Shown one piece after another: positions 42,040 to 49,508 of a stretch of DNA of 64,000 nt. The DNA lies in the NCBI GenBank assembly GCA_002722215.1, contig PBKX01000004.1, forward strand, positions 35,482 to 99,481, read 5' to 3'. The position numbers were made by a program, and so were the translations under genes. Each line of letters opens with the position of its first letter. The first letter of the stretch is position 1. The DNA comes from Flavobacteriales bacterium (GTDB lineage Bacteria; Bacteroidota; Bacteroidia; Flavobacteriales; TMED113). The notes beneath the pieces were generated by a model. It had not been told where the DNA came from and ran no database searches. It saw nothing but the letters and a program-made list of their open reading frames with translations.

Positions 42040-43446
42040 TTGTTCTGCCAAAATCCGATTAATGTCATTCAGTCTCACCAACTAGATCAAATTCTTATTC
42101 ATGATACTATTTTTCAAAAATTTTCAGGAGATGTAATCATCGAGTACTCTGATTTCAAAATTCAATGTGATACTATTTTAATTGATGAATATCAAGAAAT
42201 TATAAGGGGCTGGGGCAATACTAGTATTTTTAATGATACAATTAAGTGTCAAACTGACTCTATTAATATAAAGCAATTCGAAAATAAAATTACATTCTAC
42301 ACAAACAGTATTCTAGAAACAGATAATATGCTGATATATAGCGACCACATGATATACAATTATGAACAAAAAAAATTAGCATACCTAAGTGGAGGTTCAG
42401 TTAAAACACAAGATTATGTAATTAATAGTCAACAATTCACATATCAAATAGAAAATGAGATTTCCGAATTTAAAGATCAAATAAAGTTAACTACAAATAA
42501 ATATAAAATCACTACTAACCATATGATTCATGAAAATGATATAATAAATTTTGTGGGAAAAAACTGTATTGAGTATGAAGAATTCACGATTAATTCTGAA
42601 AAAGGGATTTTTAAAAAAGATGATTTTTTAAAACTGTATCAACAAGAATCAATAAATGGGAAAAATGAAACTATTATATCTAATCAATTGTTCATCGACA
42701 TAAGTAGTGAAAAAAAATACTTCACAAATAATGTCCATGTAATTTTAGATGAAAAAACACATCTTTTTGGAGACACCCTCATACAACAAGATCAAGGCTC
42801 AAAAATAAATAATAATTGTGAGATCCAATTATTAGGCACACAAGACTCTATATATATAACAGGGGATATCATTCAGATAGATGGGAAAAAAGAAGAATTA
42901 GAAGTAATAAATAATGTATTTATTATGGGTAAAGATTTAGAAGGAAGTTGTAATAACATGCTTTTTAAATCTAATTATGAAAACATATTAATGAATAAAG
43001 ATCCAGTAATATGGATACGTGATATTCAAATTACTGGAAAAAGAATAGAGCTATATACACAAAATAATAATTTAGATAGTATATATATACCAATAAATCC
43101 CTTTATAGTGTCTCCGAATGACTCATTAGAGTATTATAATCAAATGACGGGAAATATACTCTCAGGGAAATTTAAAAATAATAAAGTAGAATATATCAAT
43201 CTTGCTGGAAATGCTCAAATGATATATTTTGATAACCAAAAAAATAAAAATTTAACTATTAATATGAATCATACTAAAGCTGGAAGCATAAAGTTAATTT
43301 TTGACAACAACAACATCAATAATATATTTTGTTTGAATCGAATAGAGTCCAATTATGACGAAATTAATTTAAGTAATAGGCCAAAAAAGATGCAAAAAAA
43401 AATTTTTTTAGATGACTTTACCCTTATTAAAAGACGCTCTTTCTAG
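42040..43446 (+). CDS. OstA/LptA-like repeat protein, function unknown (start probably upstream, see findings)
   Basis: 468 aa from the first canonical start (TTG). Its composition and repeated beta-jellyroll-like segments resemble flavobacterial OstA-like proteins. There is no signal peptide unless the frame is extended upstream. Confidence 0.5.
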   Translation: MFCQNPINVIQSHQLDQILIHDTIFQKFSGDVIIEYSDFKIQCDTILIDEYQEIIRGWGNTSIFNDTIKCQTDSINIKQFENKITFYTNSILETDNMLIYSDHMIYNYEQKKLAYLSGGSVKTQDYVINSQQFTYQIENEISEFKDQIKLTTNKYKITTNHMIHENDIINFVGKNCIEYEEFTINSEKGIFKKDDFLKLYQQESINGKNETIISNQLFIDISSEKKYFTNNVHVILDEKTHLFGDTLIQQDQGSKINNNCEIQLLGTQDSIYITGDIIQIDGKKEELEVINNVFIMGKDLEGSCNNMLFKSNYENILMNKDPVIWIRDIQITGKRIELYTQNNNLDSIYIPINPFIVSPNDSLEYYNQMTGNILSGKFKNNKVEYINLAGNAQMIYFDNQKNKNLTINMNHTKAGSIKLIFDNNNINNIFCLNRIESNYDEINLSNRPKKMQKKIFLDDFTLIKRRSF

Positions 43447-43563
43447 AAAAAAACTAAAATCTATTTCAAAAATTTACAGATAACAACTTATTATTAACAG
43501 AGCTTTTTTTATAAAAAACATGTAATAAATTGAAAAAAAGTTCCTGATATAAGTTTTTTAATA

Positions 43564-43571
43564 TATATTTG
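43564..43571 (+). promoter_or_regulatory. candidate Bacteroidota -7 promoter box (TATATTTG) for the OMP gene
   Basis: Matches TAnnTTTG and lies 39 nt upstream of the ATG at 43610, within a 163-bp spacer. Confidence 0.35.
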
Positions 43572-43609
43572 TCCCTGTTAACTAAGAAAATTATATAATT
43601 ATTATTACT

Positions 43610-44278
43610 ATGAAAAAGTTTATTTTAATGTTTGCAACTTTATGTTTAATAACATTGTCTGCAAACGCTCAAACAAAAAAAGGAACTGTACTTTTAGGTG
43701 CAGGTAGCGAGTTTTCTGGTGATGCATGGACTGCATGGTCATTAACTCCAAAAATTGGATACTTTATCCAAGATGGTTTAGCAATTGGTGCTGAAATTCA
43801 TTTCGACACTGATGATGAGTATTTCCCTGCTTTTAATGGATATACTACACTAAACGAGTTTGATGAGCCTGTAACAACTGGTGCTCACTCAGATTATACT
43901 TTAACTGACAACGTAAGAAAATTTGGTGTTTTTGCAAGATATTATGCAGCACGAAATTTATTTATGGAAGTTAGCATGAGTAGTATGACTAGTCAAGACG
44001 AATCATGGGAAACAGTTACTGCTTGGAGCCCAATTGACGGTCTAAATGAAACTGAAATGGTTGTTCAAGAAAGAACTTCATCTTCTAATGTAAGCTTCGG
44101 AATGGGTTACACATTGGTTTGGAGAGAGCATTTTGCTGTAGAACCATATGTTCACTTAGATTTAATTGTTGATGGTGAAAGAGTTAGTCCAGGAAATGGT
44201 ATGATGCAAAGTGCAGAAACTACAGACCTTTCAGGTTCTGAGTTTATTGCAGGTATAAACTTTAGTTTATTCTTTTAA
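43610..44278 (+). CDS. small acidic outer-membrane beta-barrel protein
   Basis: Signal peptide MKKFILMFATLCLITLSANA|Q, alternating amphipathic strands and a C-terminal ...GINFSLFF (terminal Phe). It has its own spacer and terminator. Confidence 0.7.
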   Translation: MKKFILMFATLCLITLSANAQTKKGTVLLGAGSEFSGDAWTAWSLTPKIGYFIQDGLAIGAEIHFDTDDEYFPAFNGYTTLNEFDEPVTTGAHSDYTLTDNVRKFGVFARYYAARNLFMEVSMSSMTSQDESWETVTAWSPIDGLNETEMVVQERTSSSNVSFGMGYTLVWREHFAVEPYVHLDLIVDGERVSPGNGMMQSAETTDLSGSEFIAGINFSLFF

Positions 44279-44303
44279 TACCAACAGAATATAATGTAAA
44301 AAA

Positions 44304-44330
44304 GGGCTCTATTTTGAGCCCTTTTTTTTT
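44304..44330. terminator. intrinsic terminator (usable from both directions)
   Basis: GGGCTC-tatttt-GAGCCC hairpin followed by T9 and preceded by an A-run. It sits between the convergent genes ending at 44278 and 44337. Confidence 0.8.
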
Positions 44331-44336
44331 GCTTAC

Positions 44337-44843
44337 CTATGAAAGGTTTAATTGATTTAACCACGTATTTATTGGCATAATCCATGTCTCATGGCTACTC
44401 ATAATCGAGTTATTAAAAACAACGATGTTCTGATCAGATCTATCAGATAAATAATCAACACAATCTTTATAATCTAAAAATTGTATTTCTGGGTTTTTTA
44501 ATGCTGAAAACCAATTCTTCGTGTCTACTATAGTAAATGCAATTTTTTTCCTATTGAAGAAAGTGATCGACAATTCTGATTCTAATAATTTAATTTCATG
44601 AACCAAAGAATCAATCGAACAACCAGAAATATGATTACAACAAGCGGACACAATAAGAAAATGCTTATATAATAATATACACTCTCCTGCTATTTTTTCA
44701 TTATGGGAGAACCAGCGATGAAAAAAATCATTATTCAATCGATTTTTTATATATGAAATATTTTGACTACTAATTTGATTGATTGATTGAAATACAAAGA
44801 CTCTATCATTATCTTCTCTAGATAAAAAATGTGAAAGTTGCAT
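44337..44843 (-). CDS. conserved hypothetical protein, last gene of the Fe-S string
   Basis: The ORF-track start is 44867. I prefer ATG 44843 (MQLSHFLS...), which removes the overlap with the upstream stop. I see no diagnostic motif. Confidence 0.5.
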   Translation of the reverse strand: MQLSHFLSREDNDRVFVFQSINQISSQNISYIKNRLNNDFFHRWFSHNEKIAGECILLYKHFLIVSACCNHISGCSIDSLVHEIKLLESELSITFFNRKKIAFTIVDTKNWFSALKNPEIQFLDYKDCVDYLSDRSDQNIVVFNNSIMSSHETWIMPINTWLNQLNLS

Positions 44844-44844
44844 A

Positions 44845-45624
44845 TTATAATTTTTCAGATTGTACAATTAATTCAGCAATATCTAAAACATCAACTGAAC
44901 CTTCAGCTAAATTTTTAACCCCATCTTGCATCATGGTATTACAAAAAGGACATCCTGTTGCAATTATACTAGTTTTCGCATTCAATGCTTCTCTTGTTCG
45001 ATTTATATTAATGTCTTCTCGCCCCTTTTCAGGCTCCTTAAACATTTGAGCGCCACCAGCACCACAACAAAAAGATGTTTCCTTAGAACGAGGCATTTCG
45101 ATTAATTGTAGGCCAATGATATCAATAAGCTTTCTAGGGATAGAAAAAACACCATTTCCTCTACCTAGATAACAGGGATCATGATAAGTGATTTTTTTAT
45201 TTTTTAGATTTCCTAAAATTGATAACCTTTTCTTAGTAATTAATTCATATATAAACTCTGTATGATGCAAAACATCATATTCTCCACCTAAATCTTTATA
45301 TTCATTTTTTAATGTATTAAAGTCGTGTGGACACGTCGTGACAATACGCTGGATGTTATAAGAATTTAAAATTTGGATATTATTCATTGCTTGCATTTGA
45401 AAAAGAAATTCATTTCCTGCTCTTTTGGCAACATCTCCACTAGCTGATTCTTCAGTACCTAACACACCAAATTTCACATTTGCGTGATTCATAATCTTTA
45501 CAAACGATCGTGTAATTTTCTTAGCTCTATCATCAAAACTACCAGCAGAGCCTACCCAAAATAAAATTTCAGGATCAGTATTTGCATTTTTCCATTCGGC
45601 CATTGTTTGAACAACTAAACCCAT
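44845..45624 (-). CDS. CCG-domain (HdrD/LutA/GlpC-like) Fe-S-binding protein
   Basis: The C-terminal half has a complete CCG pattern (HDPCYLGR...SFCCGAGG...GCPFCN). The N-terminal half has the same spacing but S/A/D in place of most Cys. Confidence 0.75.
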   Translation of the reverse strand: MGLVVQTMAEWKNANTDPEILFWVGSAGSFDDRAKKITRSFVKIMNHANVKFGVLGTEESASGDVAKRAGNEFLFQMQAMNNIQILNSYNIQRIVTTCPHDFNTLKNEYKDLGGEYDVLHHTEFIYELITKKRLSILGNLKNKKITYHDPCYLGRGNGVFSIPRKLIDIIGLQLIEMPRSKETSFCCGAGGAQMFKEPEKGREDININRTREALNAKTSIIATGCPFCNTMMQDGVKNLAEGSVDVLDIAELIVQSEKL

Positions 45625-45626
45625 AA

Positions 45627-46052
45627 CTATTTAAATACTTGAATTTTTACATTTTTTTCAATAAGATCAGTAAATGAGCCATCGTATCTAGTGGCTCTAA
45701 CTATATGATTATCAATCCAATGATAATTACCTCCCCTAGGTTTATCCATCAATAAACCATGATATTTAAAACCATGATCTTTTAACCACTGTTTGGTTAC
45801 TTTTCTATGCTTCTCTAACCTTGAAGTAAAAAAAGTAATAATATGACCTTCATCATACCATTTATTTAAGGTTTTTAATGCTTCCGGATATACATCTGCT
45901 GTTAACATTCTCTCTGGTTCTTCATTAGGTATATCATCACAAATGGTACCATCTATATCTATTAAATAATTCTTAATATCCTTAGGCAAAACAGGACTCA
46001 TTGTTTTACCATCTACTACCTTATTGATTAATTCTATTTTTTTATTCATCAT
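45627..46052 (-). CDS. small cap-less HAD-superfamily phosphatase-like protein
   Basis: Motif I LIDIDGTICDD and motif II FFTSR, plus downstream K and D residues. 141 aa. Overlaps the upstream gene by 11 nt and sits 2 nt from the downstream gene. Confidence 0.6.
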   Translation of the reverse strand: MMNKKIELINKVVDGKTMSPVLPKDIKNYLIDIDGTICDDIPNEEPERMLTADVYPEALKTLNKWYDEGHIITFFTSRLEKHRKVTKQWLKDHGFKYHGLLMDKPRGGNYHWIDNHIVRATRYDGSFTDLIEKNVKIQVFK

Positions 46053-47385
46053 CTTTCCAATTTAATCGATCTGAAGCGGAAAATTGCCAAGGAGCACCAT
46101 TATTTTCTATATTTGAAAATACTGCATTTAACTCAGTTGGTGCTGAAGATTCTTCCATAACTGAATATCTTCTTAATTCAAGAATAATAGACAATGGATC
46201 AATACTTAAAGGACAAGCCTCTACACATGCGTTACATGAAGTACAGGCCCACAGTTCTTCTGGCTTGATAAAATCATGTAGTAAAGATTTTTCATCTTTA
46301 AAATCTTTTCCTTTTAAATCTATACCTCTTCCCACCTCCTCTACTCTATCACGAACATCCATCATAATTTTTCTAGGAGACAATTTTTTCCCCGTGACAT
46401 TAGCTGGACATTCTGCCGTACAACGACCACATTCTGTACAGGAATATGCATTAAGTAAGTGTAGCCAATTTAAATCTGTCACATCTTTTGCTCCAAATCT
46501 CACTGGTTGAGATGTACTTACTGGCTCAGTAAAGGGATCAATATTAGGGTCCAACATCATTTTTACTTCATTAGTAACTGATGACATATTATTAAATTGT
46601 CCTTTAGGCTTTATACTGCCAAAATATGTATTAGGAAATGCAAGAATAATATGTAGATGCTTAGAAATAACTAAATAATTTAAAAAGCCAAAGATGCCAA
46701 TAATATGAAACCACCAACAAAAACGCTCAATCAGTATTAAATTTGAAATTGAAATGCCTTGCATAAGAGAAGATATCATACCACTTATTAAAAAATTACC
46801 AGTATTAGGATATTTAAGCTGTAAATAAGATTCTGTATGAGCTAACTTTTGAAGAGAAAGATCAGCTGCATTCATAATTAAAAAAGCAGACATTAATAGA
46901 ATCTCAAAAATCAAAATCAAATTAGCATCAGATTTCGGCCAACCTTTCATTTCTGGACTCCAGAATCTGCTAATTTTGATAATATTTCTCCGAATTAAAA
47001 AAATAATACAAGCGACAAAAACCAATAAAGCTAAAATTTCAAAGCTATTGATACAAAAATTATATAAACTACTCCATTTTGGCGAAAATAAAATTCGATG
47101 AGTTCCTAAAATACCATCTAATATAATCTCTATAATTTCTATATTGATAATAACAAACCCTAGATAAACTACTAAGTGTAATATCGCAACAAGAGGTTTT
47201 TTAAACATTTTTTTTTGACCAAATGCAATAAATAAAACATTTCTCCATCTTTCTCTTTTATTTTCAAAGACACCAGCATCCCCTCCAAGCTTGATATTTC
47301 TAATAATTTTGCGGAAATTCTTGTAAAATAAAAGAGAGCTAAGTAAAAAAATAATGAGAAAAGCTGAGTTACTTAGTGAAAACAT
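46042..47385 (-). CDS. integral-membrane 2x[4Fe-4S] ferredoxin-domain protein
   Basis: About 6 N-terminal TM helices with several conserved-looking His residues. These are followed by CTECGRCTAECP and CTSCNACVEACP cluster motifs. Confidence 0.75.
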   Translation of the reverse strand: MFSLSNSAFLIIFLLSSLLFYKNFRKIIRNIKLGGDAGVFENKRERWRNVLFIAFGQKKMFKKPLVAILHLVVYLGFVIINIEIIEIILDGILGTHRILFSPKWSSLYNFCINSFEILALLVFVACIIFLIRRNIIKISRFWSPEMKGWPKSDANLILIFEILLMSAFLIMNAADLSLQKLAHTESYLQLKYPNTGNFLISGMISSLMQGISISNLILIERFCWWFHIIGIFGFLNYLVISKHLHIILAFPNTYFGSIKPKGQFNNMSSVTNEVKMMLDPNIDPFTEPVSTSQPVRFGAKDVTDLNWLHLLNAYSCTECGRCTAECPANVTGKKLSPRKIMMDVRDRVEEVGRGIDLKGKDFKDEKSLLHDFIKPEELWACTSCNACVEACPLSIDPLSIILELRRYSVMEESSAPTELNAVFSNIENNGAPWQFSASDRLNWKDDE

Positions 47386-47401
47386 AAGCTAATGAATAAT
47401 T

Positions 47402-48295
47402 TTATTTATTAGATTTTTTATCTACCCCCCACAGAGATAGATTAATATATTTTTTTGGATTTTGTTGAATATCATACAATAATCTATCCAAAGTATTAAT
47501 AGTAATAGAGATATCACTATAAATAGAATCTTCATATAAGAATTTTGATAAACTCCCATCACCACTATTTAATTGAATTAATAACAATTCAAGTTGATCA
47601 GATATAGATAGGATTTGATCTCCAAGAGATACTACATCAACTTCTTTTAAGCTATCAGTAAATGTTGATAAATTAGATATAATATCTTTCACATTCGCTG
47701 ATTGAGTCTCTACTACAGAGGAAATAGACTCAATGCTATTAATACTTTGTTCCAATTTTTTCTCATTAGCTAATAACATGCGATTAGCCGTATTAGATAA
47801 ATCTTGAACTTCAGTTAATACTTTATTAAATGAAACAATAACTTGATCCAAACCAACCTTAACAGATCCAAATTGCTCACTAACCTCACTGGTTAATCCA
47901 TGGGCAATGGATCCTAATAAAGTATCCCCACTCAGTGCAAGTGTAGATCCATCAAGTATTTTCAATTCTAACGATTTAGCTCCCAAAAGATCAGAATCAT
48001 AAATTTCTAAAAAAGAATTTTTTGAAAAAGGCAGATCTTCTTCAATAGCAACCTCAACAATTAAATTTCCTTCTTTTTGAGATGTAAAATTAATATTTGA
48101 AACCTGACCAACTTTAAAGCCATTCACAGTTACAGGACGAGAAATAGTTAAACCATCTACATTATCATATAATGCATAAAAGAATCTTTTATTAGAAAAA
48201 AGATTCTCGCCCTTTAAAAAGTTTACACCCCAATATAATACACCAAGAAGTAGACATGTAAAAAGACCTATTAATAATTCTTTGGATTTATTCAA
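47402..48295 (-). CDS. MlaD/MCE family protein
   Basis: N-terminal anchor and MCE fold (..YALYDNVDGLTISRPVTVNGFKVGQV..) followed by a long helical tail. Confidence 0.75.
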   Translation of the reverse strand: MNKSKELLIGLFTCLLLGVLYWGVNFLKGENLFSNKRFFYALYDNVDGLTISRPVTVNGFKVGQVSNINFTSQKEGNLIVEVAIEEDLPFSKNSFLEIYDSDLLGAKSLELKILDGSTLALSGDTLLGSIAHGLTSEVSEQFGSVKVGLDQVIVSFNKVLTEVQDLSNTANRMLLANEKKLEQSINSIESISSVVETQSANVKDIISNLSTFTDSLKEVDVVSLGDQILSISDQLELLLIQLNSGDGSLSKFLYEDSIYSDISITINTLDRLLYDIQQNPKKYINLSLWGVDKKSNK

Positions 48296-48330
48296 AACTT
48301 AAATCATTTTATGTTTAAAAGATAAGAAAA

Positions 48331-49410
48331 TTAGTTTAAAATTGATAATGCATCTGATAAGGACATTTTTTTTCCATTCAATATAGCTATAGTAAAGCAG
48401 TCTTTAAAACCATACATCACTAATTCATTCTTTAATAAATTCACTTGCTCTAAACTCTTTACTTTACCATAAGAGTATTGATATTTGCCATCAACATTAA
48501 ACTCATGAATTAAATGTCTGTTTTGAATACCTAAATCGTTAATACGCACAGGTGACAATGAGGATAAAAATTGAATACTATAAAATATTTCATTATCTAC
48601 ACTATTAATTTGACTATCTAGAATTAACTCTTCTAATTCTATTTTATATTCTTTAATGGCCCTAAAAATAGCTGAAGCCATATATGTTTTTCCCTGCGAT
48701 GAATTCAAAAAATCTTCTTCAATATTATTAGTTAAAAAACCTAATTCAATTAATACACTGGGCATAGTTGCTCGGCTTAAAACCAGGAAACCTGCTTGTT
48801 TTACCCCCCTATCTTTACGATTGACACGATTTTTAAACTGACTTTGTATTTTAGTTGCAATTAATAAACTATTAGCTAAATAAGATGATTGATACATAGA
48901 TAATGCAATGTACGATTCTGGTTCTGATGGGTTAAAACCCTCATAATTAACTTTATAATCATTTTCCATTAAAATAGATGAGTTTTCACGAATTGCAACA
49001 TTTAAATTACTAGCAGTTTTATGCATCCCCATAACATATGTAGACGAGCCGTAAACAGATTGATCATGAAACGCATCACAATGTATAGAAACAAATAAAT
49101 CTGCTTTTGCTTCATTTGCAATTCTTGTTCTTTCTGATAATTTGATGAATTCATCTGAATCGCGCGTATAAACAACTTCTATATCGTTAAATTCTGATTT
49201 TAAATAGTCACCTAACATTATAGATACATCAAGGACCACATCTTTTTCTGCTTGTTTGTATCTACCGGTTCCTAAAGTCCCCGGATCTTTACCCCCATGC
49301 CCCGGATCAATAACAATCTTTTTTAAACCTAAATTGGTATTTTGAGCTGGTAAAGAATAAAAACTATGAACAACAATAAGTGTAAGAAATATTGGAATTA
49401 ATCGTTTCAC
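48331..49410 (-). CDS. N-acetylmuramoyl-L-alanine amidase (Amidase_3) with C-terminal SPOR-like domain
   Basis: IVIDPGHGGKDPG, SIHCDA and ELGFLTN motifs. I place the start at GTG 49410, giving the signal peptide MKRLIPIFLTLIVVHSFYSLPAQ. The ORF-track start at 49569 adds an implausible extension. Confidence 0.8.
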   Translation of the reverse strand: MKRLIPIFLTLIVVHSFYSLPAQNTNLGLKKIVIDPGHGGKDPGTLGTGRYKQAEKDVVLDVSIMLGDYLKSEFNDIEVVYTRDSDEFIKLSERTRIANEAKADLFVSIHCDAFHDQSVYGSSTYVMGMHKTASNLNVAIRENSSILMENDYKVNYEGFNPSEPESYIALSMYQSSYLANSLLIATKIQSQFKNRVNRKDRGVKQAGFLVLSRATMPSVLIELGFLTNNIEEDFLNSSQGKTYMASAIFRAIKEYKIELEELILDSQINSVDNEIFYSIQFLSSLSPVRINDLGIQNRHLIHEFNVDGKYQYSYGKVKSLEQVNLLKNELVMYGFKDCFTIAILNGKKMSLSDALSILN

Positions 49411-49508
49411 ATATAAAAATATTGCGTTAATTCGGTCAATATAAATAAAAGTTAGGAATCCTGAATTTAAAATTTCATAAAATAACAGCGTTTTTAGTAC
49501 TTTTTTCT

